In this document: positions 38,301-51,000 of the stretch, one piece after another
Layout: every line of letters starts with the position of its first letter
Position numbering within the stretch: position 1 is the stretch's first letter
Source of the DNA: Ruditapes philippinarum
Taxonomy: Eukaryota
Assembly: GCF_026571515.1 (NCBI RefSeq)
Contig: NW_026858357.1
Coordinates: 124,001 to 188,000 of the forward strand
DNA length: 64,000 nucleotides
Direction: 5' to 3'
Program-made: the position numbers and the translations under genes
The notes under the pieces: model-generated
What the model saw: only the letters and a program-made list of their open reading frames with translations
Databases searched by the model: none
What the model was told of the DNA's origin: nothing

Positions 38301-39200
38301 TCTTTCAATATAAATCATTATTGCATTCAACTTTATCAATTTTGACTTGTTTTCATTTTTCGAGTCCAAAAAAACCCATATCAAATCACTTTTGTACTTC
38401 ATCAGGCCTCGTTTAAATCGTGTCTTGTCAAAGAATCATGCTGACTTGTTCACCAACACCTCTCTAATACCGGCATAATGAAAACAAAAATCTCCAAATG
38501 AGTTCTTGACTATTTGAATGAACAGAACAGAATAATTCATTTCAGACTTAGGCTACAGCTCATTGCCATAAACAAAGACACGGTACAACTGTTTCAATAA
38601 TATACTAGATATATAGAAGATATTCAAGTTTCTTCTAAAAATACAGGATTTATTTTCATCTGGTGGTATAGAAATAAATATGACACGAGTGGCGGTAGTC
38701 GCAAGTGAAATATGATAATTTTCATACCACAAGATTGAAAATAAATCCTGTAGTATGAAAACTTGATTTTTTTGGTTTATTATATACTTTTTCTCTTTTT
38801 TAAACTGATGAATATGGAGAATTACCTTTTAACTTTGTGAATTGACTGAATTTAGAAGAAAGTAGTCCGGCAAGGCACCGGAAAAAATACGGAATATAAT
38901 ATTTTTTACAGTGAAAATACAGAATATGGAAATACGCTTTTATATAATCAGTATTTCTCAATATTTCATTCATAGGTATGTAAGTAAGAATAAAGAAATC
39001 AACTCCAGTTTCAATTTAAAAAAGTAATTATTTTATTTGAAAGTATTCATCAGTTGGCTATATTTTAAATACAACTAGTAAATAAACAACTAATATTCAG
39101 ATATAGTCTTACCTTAAGAATCTCTTTAAACGTCTTTTTGTCATCTGTTTCCTTTTGTTTAATAACTTGAAACAAATTTCTTAGGCGGGTCTGTTTAGCA
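24488..39200 (-). CDS. DEG/ENaC/ASIC-family amiloride-sensitive sodium channel subunit
   Basis: Phase-consistent exons: ~39200-39113, 37968-37832 (SSLHGVPKI plus TM1), 35723-35573 (FPAISLCNMNP), 34856-34366 (S/T- and D/Y-rich), 33578-33498 (VGHQLDQFI), ~32360-32260 (degraded FGNC exon), 31552-31389 (GARLVLHEPGTYP), 31017-30928 (PYGDC), 30416-30290, 29983-29911 (CDCQGRC), 27515-27458 (SSRYWP), 26780-26653, 25702-25627 (LIYFEDL), 24682-24488 (LSDIGGTMGLFLGASLLSLVE, TM2). The start codon is uncertain. Confidence 0.93.
24860..25345 (+). mobile_element. Helentron/HINE-like non-autonomous repeat
   Basis: Start tttttacccccc, gtctgtcc motif, and tandem ~140-bp units carrying ggtcaaaggtcaaggtcac. Confidence 0.5.
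26949..27276. mobile_element. Kolobok-type MITE, second copy
   Basis: ttaa..agcatgcctccagattcatgc ... ggaggcatgcatct|ttaa; internally similar to 23437-23792. Confidence 0.7.
27669..28094. mobile_element. GC-rich MITE with 27-bp perfect TIRs
   Basis: tggctgatttggtacactgcgcgttgc (27672-27698) and its exact reverse complement (28065-28091). Confidence 0.85.
28640..29085 (+). mobile_element. CR1/L2-clade LINE 3' end
   Basis: Encodes TFSFYGMNIWNNIPLNIRNVNNLKCFKEKYKAYL, then a 3' UTR, AATAAA and an (att)n tail. Confidence 0.7.
30155..30270. repeat. 23-bp tandem repeat, 5 copies
   Basis: Unit acattatctgaggcccgtccctg. Confidence 0.9.
30690..30892. repeat. Compound tetranucleotide microsatellite (GACC/GACT/GAAT/GGAA)
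   Basis: Directly visible next to a gap. Confidence 0.85.
32520..32992. repeat. 29-bp minisatellite, about 16 copies
   Basis: Unit aaaatatgcaagattcggggcgccatgta. Confidence 0.95.
35378..35476 (-). mobile_element. SINE 3' fragment (family B) with a (caat)n tail
   Basis: Minus strand reads ctgaaataatgcacgg..gcacctgaggtcttcctccaccagg..gtcgccatatga..gtgtcggtgtgacgtaaaaccc. Confidence 0.65.
35964..36101. mobile_element. Palindromic MITE
   Basis: Near-complete hairpin: tgagccgcgtcacgac..gcgaccagcatggatccagaccagcct / aggctggtctggatccatgctggtcgc..gtcgtgacgcggctca. Confidence 0.85.
37580..37651 (-). pseudogene. tRNA-Lys-like pseudogene or SINE head
   Basis: cggatagctcagtcggtag..ctgagggtc..ttcgagtccc resembles the D and T arms of tRNA-Lys. 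The anticodon arm and acceptor stem are degenerate. Confidence 0.55.
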
Positions 39201-41067
39201 AATTTAAACCTTTTTCAAATTTAATTTTTTAATCTTTAAAGGGAAATTTATAAAGTTAAAGGGTTTTAACAAACCTTTTGGCGGAAGAAAATATTCTTTG
39301 GGTTTTAAAAAACCCATAACTTGAAGGTGGGTTTTTTATTTTCTTCAAATTTTTAGTTTAAATTTTTTCTGAAAATATTCCAAAAATAAAAATTTGTTTA
39401 TAGCTTTTATACCAAAAAAGACACCTNNNNNNNNNNNNNNNNNNNNNNNNNNNNNNNNNNNNNNNNNNNNNNNNNNNNNNNNNNNNNNNNNNNNNNNNNN
39501 NNNNNNNNNNNNNNNNNNNNNNNNNNNNNNNNNNNNNNNNNNNNNNNNNNNNNNNNNNNNNNNNNNNNNNNNNNNNNNNNNNNNNNNNNNNNNNNNNNNN
39601 NNNNNNCTTATTTTTTTTTTTTCCCAAAAATTGAGGAAAATTAAAAATGAAAACTTACGCAAAACCAGGGAGAAAGCAATTTAGAAAATCAAGGGCGACA
39701 AATTTTTTTACAAGGGGATGTAAAAATTTAAAGTTAAAGGGATAAAATGGGGGAATTAAGTGATTTGATGAAGTTAACAAATGTAGTTCAATAACTAAAC
39801 AATCTTAGTTTGCAAATCGAAACCCGAAATGTAACTGAATAAAAAAAACTGTTTAAAAAAATTAAGCAATCAATAAACGTATTAAAATCCAATTAATAAA
39901 CAAATTGTTTCTATTTGTTGTCTCTAGTCTCATGTATCATTATACATGTATCAAAGTTTGTAATTACAATATATCAACAACATCCAGTCAAATTATCTAT
40001 CAGAATAACACGTTACCAATGTCAATAGTTTCAAATTTCAATAACAGAATTGTAAAACTAGTCACGTGTAAAAGTCTCGATTTGGTGCTGAACAAATTCT
40101 AAATTTATTTTACCATCCCTTTATTAGTTATTGATTTCTTTTATTATCATGTAATAAAAAAAATCCCATGTTTAAATGATTAATCACCTAAAAGGACAAA
40201 CTTATTGCGCAAAGTTCAGAAAAGTTATGTGCATCGTTTGGAAAGGAAAAAAATACTCATTGCAATTAAGATATACCAATTATGCAAAATGTATTCCCAC
40301 GTGTTACATATATACTACTTGAATAGATATTCTAGTGATGATAAATTGAAAAGTTAATCTGGTGAAAATAAATTGAATGAATAGCTGATCGGATTCTGCT
40401 CTTCAATTATCGACTTCTCAATAAATTCGGATGATGCATTTGTTTTATTTATTTATTTATTTATCTATTTTTTTGTTTGTTTGTTAAACAAAGGTTGTAT
40501 ATAAATTATTGTGCAGGCAGATAATGAGTCAGTAGATTGTTTAAATAATGTTAGTAACATTATTGTAGGTGTTTTTCAGCAGTCGGCCGGAACTTATTAT
40601 AACAAACCGAATAACTTCCTTTAAGCTTCCGAATATGAAAAACAGTTCCATTTTTAAAAATTCAGTAGCATAAACAAAATAAAAAACAAATATTATATTA
40701 CAAAAACGTTAAAGGCGTAATTCCGTTATCAGCTAAATGTTAAGATAAATTAAATTATGAAAACTATCATTATGGGAGTCATATATATCAAAGTTTTAAA
40801 ACGCATCGTTGCATAAACAAAATAAGCGTATAAAATTATGATTATTACCTATTTTTGGAGCAATTGTGTAACAATTCGCTCCAATGTTAACAATAGAGGC
40901 CAATTCCTGCCATGTCGTTAATCTTCCTGCGCGTCAAAAAAAACGAGATACGGCAGTTAATTACAACCAAGCCGTTATAGTTGCATATATATTTAGTAAA
41001 AAGATCATACACCCAAGTCTGCATGCAGTAGAAGAACTATCATACATGACTTTATCAATCATGCTAT

Positions 41068-41685
41068 TAAGAGATCAGTTTAAACAAGAATGGAGTGGTT
41101 CTATTCGTAGTATGTCCAAATTTGATTATTATGTAAAATTTAAGAAAGAATTTGGTTATGAAAAATATCTTGATTTTATTGAAAATGACTATTTGAGAAA
41201 ACTATTTACATGTTTCAGATTATCAGCGCACTCGCTAGCTATTGAAACTGGGAGATATATAGGAACTGATAGAATAAATAGAATTTGTAGATATTGCAAT
41301 TGTAATGTCATTGAGTCAGAGTACCACTTTCTTATGACCTGTCAAAAATATTCAAATATTCGTACCAAATACATGCCACATATTTCGTGGCCAAATCTTA
41401 ATTTGTTCAACCGTATGATGGGTTCAAATAAAAAGAAAACTGTATTGAATATGTGTAAATATCTAAAAGAAGCATATACTGTTAGAAACGATGTCTTATA
41501 AATGTACACTTTTTCTGATCACTATGAATATATATGTATATGTGTTGATAAATATTGTTTCATATAAAATTGCTTTATATGTTTGTATATATGATCAATA
41601 TTTGAAATGTTTTTTCTGTTCATTAGCCAAAGGCAAGTTTTTGTCGATATTTGCTAATAAAAGTTGTTGTTGTTGTTGTTGTTGC
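41068..41685 (+). mobile_element. 5'-truncated non-LTR retrotransposon (CR1/L2-like clade), ORF2 C-terminus
   Basis: Encodes FRLSAHSLAIETGRY..RICRYC..ESEYHFLMTC, then AATAAA and a (gtt)n tail. Possible TSD tgctatt. Confidence 0.85.
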
Positions 41686-42264
41686 TATTGAAAATGATCG
41701 TGATAAATAAATGTTTGCTGTTAACAATAAATGTGCGAGTGACTCACGTGACTGGTAGCCTTCACGAACGACGCCATGTTTATTCAATGTAAACGAATGC
41801 CAACCGTTTCACTCCCATTGAACCATTCATTCCCAAGACGGTTCACACCTAGACGTTTCACTCCCAATTATTTTTATTTGTGATGTTTCATAGAAAAGTT
41901 AACAAAATGACTTTCGATTTCTATAGTGGCATATTTCTGCAACCAGATAACCTGATTACTATCTAGTTAATTAGGTACGTAACTAGTTAACCTCTTAATT
42001 AACTAGTTAGTTATATGGTCCTCTGGTGGCAGAAATATGTCACCATAAATTTCAAATGATAATTGTATTTAATGTTTTATTTATATATATGTATATATAT
42101 ATTTATTTTGAAGGTATTGTGGTTTAGAACTTATAGCAATGCCGGCATGACTGTAACTATACCACAATTTTTTTCAATAAAAAATCTAGCTCATAAAATG
42201 AGCTTAAGAAAACACGCCTGGGAAATGATAGAGCAGATAAGCTCTTTCGGGGGCATGCGGTAAA

Positions 42265-42712
42265 TCGTTTTATTACATGCTTTTCGGTGGTTTATAGAAA
42301 TATATCAGTGATATAAAACTGGTAATTTCACTGTTTGAAACAGTGAAATTACCACTTTGATAATTTCACTGTTTTGAATTTAAGCCCCTTACGTTGTTGC
42401 AGTGAAATACCAGCGTGCACAGTACTGGGTACCAACTTAATGACGTGACGTCGTAAATGACGTCACGTTGTATTATCATTTGGCGCGCTTTTCATTCAGT
42501 ATTAGGTTAAATGTGTTTTTAAAACGTTTTTTTGCATGTAATAGAAAGAAAATTTGTTTAGTTTAGTGTAAGATCGAAATAAATTTCACCTTGTGAACAC
42601 CAAAAGTTGATATTTCACTCGTGGCTGCGCCACTCGTGAAATATACCTTTTGGTGCTCACTCGGTGAAATATATTCCGATCTTACACTGAACTAAACAAA
42701 TATCCTCTATCT
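42265..42712. mobile_element. Non-autonomous DNA repeat (related relic at 38610-39000)
   Basis: Internal palindromes atttcactcgtggctgcgccactcgtgaaatat and cactgtttgaaacagtg; end tatcctctat. Confidence 0.45.
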
Positions 42713-44474
42713 ATCGCTACTTCCGAGCTAGTGCATGTCGCTAAAATCAAGTGTCAAGTGTTTTCACTTTTTATATATTTTGTAAACTCTACACCAAACA
42801 TCGAAATTCGGAGAATGCTATGCCATGTAGATTTGATTAAAGATTCCAGAAAACGTAAAGTTGTTATTATTGTGTTTGAAATGTGGTTTTGGCGGCGTTT
42901 CCATGATAGCGAATTCAGCGTTGAAATGGACCGTTTCATCATCACCGTGCATATCCAGTAACGCAGGAATGTGCAATTATCGTAAAAGTAACGCCGAATC
43001 TGTTCAACGCTATTACCAAAACGAATACAGTAAGTAAACGAACCCAAATATCTTATTCTAAATAAAATTTAAAGAAATGAATTAGCGCATACGGCTGCTA
43101 CTACATTATACTTCAACCAGCATTACACTTTTTTATCAGGAATTTGTTTACTTTCTTAGATCATTCGTGAAAAAGACAACCTGATTACCGTTTTGAAGGT
43201 GTCTTTTGTGTTTCGTCTAATAAATATGTACATTTAACACATTTAAAACTTTATGTTTTCATATTTTGTATACCTAAGACATTTGTCAAACTACAAGTGT
43301 CGTATAACAATAGAAGGAAGCTGGTAAAATAGGATTTGGCTACTTTTAATGAGATAACCGCCGTTGCTTCAGTGCTTAATTCACGAATTCGGCGTTACCT
43401 CGTAAAAAATGGTCTCAATTACGTTTTATCTGCTTAATTAAGTATAGTATGACAGGAGTAGATTGGAAAAGTCTCAGGTACACCTAATATGAAAAATCAT
43501 AAAGTAATATGTACGTTTTTGTATTTAAAGCTATCAATGAAACTAAAAATCGCCATCAATACGCTAGTCAGGTAATCATTTTTACGAATGATCTTGAAAA
43601 ATAAACATTATCATGGAAATATGTTTTGATGTTTAAAGTATAATGTCTCAGGAACCTTATGCGCTAACTCAATTCTTCCAATTTGGCGTACAATAATAAA
43701 TATTGGTCCATTTACTTATCGTGGTGCTCTATTTAGCCACTAAATTTCACAATGCTGCGTTACTTTTGCACAATTCCTGCGTTATTTACACATCCCTGTG
43801 TTACTGAATTTTCACGGTGATCATGAAACAAATTATTTTTCCTCTAATTTTCATCTAAACAGCGATTCAGATTAAAGACAAATACGTTTAAAGCAGATAT
43901 AAGGCATAGAAATGAAATAAGATTGGAATCAGATCAAAACGTTAGTTAATAAAGAAAATATAGGATATTAGTTGAACTTTAAAAATAATAGATCTTATAT
44001 GACGATCAAATGCACAAGTATTAATTAAAAAACTGAAATCATTACAAGTATATTTTAGCAGAAAATGTAATCAATAAGAAAATAATTAAATATTTTAAAA
44101 ACAGAATTACCTAATACCAGTAATCTTACCACCAAATCATTGTGTAAAAAGGAAAAAAAAGTAAAGATTAATCACCCAAACAGTTGTATAAACACTAAAA
44201 GTATCATTTATTGGACCATTAAAAATCAGGCACCTATTGTATTTATAAATTCATATCAGGAAAAAGCTTGTTTTTATAGTAGAATATTAAATTATAATAA
44301 TGATGCTAAATGTGTATATGCTAAGTTAATCTATTCAAATAATTATATTTTCCTCAAACGCAAGAAAGTCTCATTAAATTGTATTTATTAAATCGAAACA
44401 CGAACATATTTATTATAAAAAATAACGGTATGACTTAATACTGGATGTGACTACAATCCGTGGATGTGGCTTTA

Positions 44475-45050
44475 AATATCGGATTGGACATATATTTTTC
44501 AGAGTTGATGTTTTTTTGTTTGTTTCTTTTCTTTTGTTTTTTTAATGTTTTTTTTTTTTTTTTTTTTTTTTTTTTGAGGTATTTATTCTTGATATTATGA
44601 TTTATAGTGATAAAATAATTATATATGCAAAAATCGTTAAATTTGACTCACAAATAAAAAAACTTGTAAATAATATCCTTTGCACCTACAGTAAAAGTCC
44701 AACCCATGGCAGAAAGAAGATACCGGATTGGACATATAAATTTTTCAGAGTNNNNNNNNNNNNNNNNNNNNNNNNNNNNNNNNNNNNNNNNNNNNNNNNN
44801 NNNNNNNNNNNNNNNNNNNNNNNNNNNNNNNNNNNNNNNNNNNNNNNNNNNNNNNNNNNNNNNNNNNNNNNNNNNNNNNCTTGATATTATGATTTATAGT
44901 GATAAAATAAAAATGTATGCAAATATCCGTTAAATTTGACCCACAAATAAAAAACAATTAAGTAATATCCTTTGCTTTGCACTTACAGTAAAAGTCCGAC
45001 CCATGGCAGAAAGAAGATACCGGATTGGACTTAAAATTTTCACAGTTGTT
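44475..45050. repeat. ~250-300 bp direct duplication spanning an N-gap
   Basis: cttgatattatgatttatagtgataaaataa..cccatggcagaaagaagataccggattggac occurs on both sides of the gap. Confidence 0.7.
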
Positions 45051-46739
45051 GTAAATAACATATACTGGGCCTGTACATTTGTTCAGAAATAGATCACTAA
45101 CGAAATAAAATTGAAAAAGTCGGCAGCGTATAAATAATGTTCGAAATGTTTATTTAGAGGACATATGAAATTCTGTGACAATAAATGTAATGTAAAAGTA
45201 CCTTATAACACACCCAACCTATTCTCAAACCTTTTATTCATGAGCTGTAACTAGAAGTGACTTTGATGCCATCAACTTGTGTGCATAAAAACAAATGTCT
45301 GCTGCTATCAAATAAAAACGGAATGGATATTTTCATTACATATTTTATTAGTCATCGCAATTTGGTACAAATTGCTATTACCTTTACACCATTAGCTAAT
45401 TGTGAAAATGAAAATTAGAAAGCGGGTACATGTACCTGCATCCTGTAGAGATGTTAAGTGATAGTCGTATGACAATCCTTGGAAACCGACACGAGAGAAG
45501 TAAAAAAAGAAAAAGAAAAAAAAAGATAGATAGATAGCTATACATGTATATATATTAAAAGATGGATTTTAAAAATTATTTAAATAAAAAACTATCATTT
45601 ATAATATTTTCTTAAGGACATACAATTGATAAAAAACGAGAAATGATGCACAGACAAATGTTTAAACAAGCTTAGCCTCATAGCACCGAATTACATTTAT
45701 AACTTATTAAAACATTTATAACACTGTTTACAAGGCTACAGACAAAACTGTGTCAAACTGATGGCCATATCTCTAGTACTCATTTACCTATCCCAACCCA
45801 AATCTGAATATTTATATTAGTTATTTTCCAGTGTGAATTTTGATATAGTCCATTTCTCTGTTCTTTTTTGTTGTTGTTGTTGCTGCTGCCTACGGTCACG
45901 GTTATACATAACTGTGCTTTATTTAAAATACCACGCACCTTTTCTGAAGAAGCGTGCGTTATCCGAGGTATCGCACTGTAGACGCGTTACTACCAATAAA
46001 GCATTAACTGGCTTACTACATCAGACAAATCGTCGTATCTTGCGATAATTATGAGTTTACGTGCATTTTACGTACGAATTAAAAAAAAATGCATCTTATC
46101 TACGAAACGATGACATTCGTACTCTGTAATATCTGACCTTCAAAAAGCGTGCAAGCATTTAACGTTTCTAGCTTAAACGTTGGACTATGTCTCACCTTTA
46201 GTTATCGCCTTCGTGACAAATACATCTGTTATAATCCCAGGACAAAGCTATGGAAGATTATTCATGTCCATATTATCAACGACTATATGATATTCCGTTC
46301 GTTCTCCAATAGTACTTTTTATAAATTGTTTTTCTTTACTGCTAAAAATAATATTTGATGTAATCAGTTTTAAAAAACATTACTTCTAGAACAGGTGTTA
46401 ATTTTGTGCTAACATGTATTGATAGAAAGTATTTGTTCATTTTACTTAAGTTTATTTTCAAATTTGATTTTTCTTTTTCTAAGATGAATACTTAAGTACA
46501 TATTTTCTAAGGTAATGTCTTAAGAACATACACATACATTTTAAGTCTTTTATAGATATAAACTTTACTTAAACATTATTGATGCTGATACAGAATGTTA
46601 ACATTGTCAATCATAGTGACCATATGCCATGTATTTTGTAAATGTATATTGTACAACGATGTACCATATGTTGTGTACAAGTTGAAAATAAAATCATTCT
46701 TCTTCTTCTTCATACCTACTTGTATTGTTCTATCTGTTT

Positions 46740-47290
46740 AACGTGTCTTGCTAAATAATAAGTGCTCTTTCAAAGAGCTGGTATCTGACAGATATGCAGA
46801 ACGCAACAATTGGATTGCTACCCCCAAGGTCAAAATCACATTTAAAGGTCAAGTGTTAAAAGTGTACATGTGCCTACTCCATATCTTTTAAAAATGCTGA
46901 ATAAAGAATTAAAATAACTTGGCAAAAGTGATCACCATTATGTGATGATGTGCAGAGCGCAATTATTGGGTTGCTACCTCCAAGGTCAAGGTCACACTTA
47001 AAGTCAAGTGTTAAAAGGTCTACACTTACACTTCGTGTCCGCTCCATAACATTTAAAACGCTGCAATATTTTTAAGATGACTTGTCAGAAATTATCATCA
47101 TTTTGACACGATGTGCAGAACCCAATTTCCAGGTTGCTACCCCAAGGTCAAGGTTAAATGTTCTCCTTAACTTTTTGATTTTATGGAAGATTTTAATAAC
47201 ATGGCACAAATTATTATTGTCAAGGTCATGGTTTGTTAAAGGTGAAGAAGTACCAAAAGGGATTTAGCTGTCCTTAAGACTACCTTGTTA
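46740..47290 (+). mobile_element. Helentron/HINE-like repeat with tandem units
   Basis: Three units containing gttgctacc..caaggtcaaggtcaca; terminal short hairpin followed by cttgtt. Confidence 0.45.
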
Positions 47291-48097
47291 TAATTGTAAT
47301 TGCAAGTGATAATAAATAATTATATTGATATATTTTCTACAGTTATTGAAATGTGACATTTTTCGGAATAAGGTTTTCCTTAACTGAAAAATCAAGGATG
47401 TCACGACATTGTGATCGAGTGAAAACAACTGTGTTTATCAAATATGAAAAACAAGATCATCAAGGAAGTGTGGCGTTCACACCGCATTTTGACATACATC
47501 TATTTAAACAAAACATATTTTTATAGACATCTCGCATTTCTAAGTACAAGCAAGCATGATGTATTTAACAAATAGAACAATATATTTATGCATAGATTGT
47601 CTTCCATACATTTCTCACTGACATCTGTGACGTAAAGTGTATGCGGGTTATCTACAACGAACATTATATAAGACATCCAGTATTTGCCATGAAACAACAC
47701 CAAAACAAACTGAAACAGCAAGGTAAGTTTTGAAATTTGGAATTAAACGTTGTATTTCAGTGCGCTACACAAAAGAATTTTAAAATTTAAACGTGTCTTG
47801 ACTACAAAGGTGTAAATGTTTGGCGTTTTTAGTGAAAATGACGTATTTCAATTTACCAAATAACATGACTTTTAGAAAAACTGCAAACGGTCATTGTGAA
47901 TTTGCAACGACACATTTGCAATTTTTAGTCAAGCGCACTACATGTATGTAAATTTAAAAAAAAATAACAAAAAAAAACAACATGAAAGCATGAAAAACTC
48001 GGAAAAAATATGTACGTGTTAAATTTTCAATTGATTGCACTTTTATTGATTTTATGTACAATAACGTCTCAAATTTAAGTACCGTTCCGGAATAAAC

Positions 48098-51000
48098 ATG
48101 TTGATGATCTGTATAACAGCTGTGCTCTTTGTGGTTCCGGCGAGCGCAGTTCTGGAGGTATGGAAAGAGATTTATCCGCATAAAGTCTAATATAGACTCA
48201 AAGTTAAGCCATCTGATTTATTCAAAACATTATGTTTGGTATTCACCATTGTTTATATTTAAACCTTTGTAAATCAATAAAATGACTGAAAAATGACGTT
48301 ATCATAATGAAATTACAACGAAATTTTGCCTACTGATTTGACACGTTGTCTCAGTGTCACAATTGTTGCTGTAGCGAACGAATTCCCTCAAAATTCAACC
48401 TTCACCTTTATTTAATTAATCTCTTGGCATGACTTTACAGACAAAGGTCTTCTTACTTTGCATCTATCTGTTCTATTTTATTATTTTTCCAAAGAGTGAA
48501 ACGCGAAGGCCCGACAAATTCATGGCAATAACAAGATACATTTTAGCTATCGTGTTGTCGTATTGGTGTGGTAAACGTTTGAAAACACGATTAACTCAAG
48601 TCGTATCTTTATACTTTTGTCCTCTCGGGTTTTCGATTTACCACAACATGTATATGGCATACATAATTAACCTTTGGCAGCTGAGCTTTTGCTACGGAAA
48701 GGTTCCCTTTGACAAATCGAAAAAAAAGGTTATGATCGATATAATTAGCTAAAACATAAAAGTTACAAGGTACATAGAAGACTAATAAAAGACAGATATG
48801 ATGTGTCATCATAAATATGTAGTGACCTCACGTTATCGTCACAAAATAAGCTTCCAGCAAAGAGTTAACATGTGTAAATGATAAAATATTATCACCACAA
48901 TACCACGTGTATTATTGGTCACATATATATATAAAGAGTTTTATCTGGACATAACTGGTCATGTATATTTTCAGACAAATCATCTTGTTCAAATTGACAA
49001 TGATGGTCGTAAAGTGGCGATGGATGTTACATATGACTCGGACAAAAACACCGTCCATGTTGTAATAGGGGATGTTTCCATGTACGAAGAGGGTATCCAG
49101 TCTGTGAATCTGCACGATTATAATACAGTAAGGAATATGAGCAAAATCATTATGAATCATGTCACAATTTATACTACTTAGATTTTGAATTCTAAAAGAC
49201 AAGTAATTCATTTATGAATTAGATGTTATATATTGTAAGTCAGTCCTCTGTAAAGAAAACCTTTGATAATTGGGCAAAATTACTTTAATCTTAACCCAAT
49301 GAATTTCTGAGATGAACATGTCAATCTTCCATTTATGGGACTATCCATTATCAATTTTAATAATGTCAAGAAGGGAATTCAAAGTTTGTCGGTGAACTGT
49401 ACTCCTATATAATGTAGTTAGAATGTATTGATGTGCAGGCTGGGCGGGTTAAAGCTAAACACTTTTGGTTCCAGTATTATTAGGGATTGATACAATTGCC
49501 TCTTTACACATTACTATGAATAATTATTGCTTACTTATCTACAGGGCTACGGGATATTAAAGAATATCAATGACAAAATATGCCTTCTCGGACGTGCACC
49601 ATTCCCAAAGGCAACCCCTGAGAAATACAGAGTCGTAAGAGTTTCTAACAAAAATCACTACATAAGATTTCCGAGAAGAAAACAAAATTTAATGTAGTAA
49701 CAAATTTCTATTTGTAAGAGGAAAACCTTGTTTAAAATTTGATAAATATTAGGAATATAATTTTCACGTGCATTGATTATTGTGGAAAAAATAAGTATAA
49801 TTAAACTTATGCAGCATTAAAAGTGAATAGAGAAGGATAAATTTTATGATAAAAAATATGAATAAAAAGAAAATACAAAAACGTTTTTATCTTCATTCTT
49901 TGTTGTACTATTATTAGGGGTTAACTCATGAAGTGCATGACCATTTGCTGGACATCAATACTACCAGACTATCACATGATGAGGTAAATGCTGTTGCGGG
50001 ACCAAATATTGCCGCCTTCTGCAAGACATACTCTACGTATTATATGACAGCGACCCCTTTAGATAGAAACGCCAGAGGTAAATATGTTTCATTCAGAAAC
50101 AAATTTAAAAATGAAATGTTAATTTAATGATTTTTTATATCATATAATCAGTATGAAGCATAACGAAATAAGCAAAGATTATGAAACTCGTGCCATAATT
50201 GATTGGGGTAAATTACATAATCATTCATATTATTTTCGGCTTTATTAACGTTTTCTTTGCTTGTCTGACTATAGAACAATGTCTTCACATTTCACGCGAT
50301 TTTCATACCAAAAGTGGAAAAACACAGTCCATATATAATGCAGTCTCTCTTCGTGTTTAATATCATTGTATTTGTAAAAGGCGTTAGTGTGGTGATCTGT
50401 ATGGAAAGTCTTGACTGTCTTATGATTGTAAAAATGAACGTTGTTGTGTCACTCTTTCTTTATACAATGTGCACTCATGAATATATTATGTAGATGCATC
50501 CTTATATGAATTCAACTGAACAATATATGATGTCAATGTTTCTTTATATGACGTCGACCAATCATTATACGATGTGCATTTATGAATATATGATGTGGTA
50601 GAATCATTATACACAGTCAACTTATCAATATATCATGTCAATCTTTCATTATACGATGTGCATCTATTATTATACGATCGCTGTTTTATATGAAGTGCAA
50701 ACATCATTATATCGTGTGCTTCTGTCATTATAATGATGGGGTTAAATTTACCGGGTTATATCTCACTATGCACCGTTCGTGGCAGCAGCGGGAAAACTCA
50801 AAGTAAAGTGTTAAGCTGACAATTCTACATAATATAGTGTTGTTTCGACTCTATATAAGAATGTTTAAACATAATATATACATTAATGCACATCGTTTAA
50901 TGAAAGATTGGCATCATATAAGGACGTGTTGACATCATATATTGTTAAGTTGACTCGATATAAAGATGGTTGCACATAATATATTCATTAATGCACATCG

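Noticed and set aside
41748-41777. Possible first coding exon of the channel (MASFVKATSH|gtgagt)
   Set aside because: It cannot be phased to the next exon because of the gap and low-quality sequence, and the aacatggcg motif is common in repeats.
44475-45050. Duplication as a biological tandem repeat
   Set aside because: It flanks an N-gap and may be overlapping contig ends or two haplotypes.
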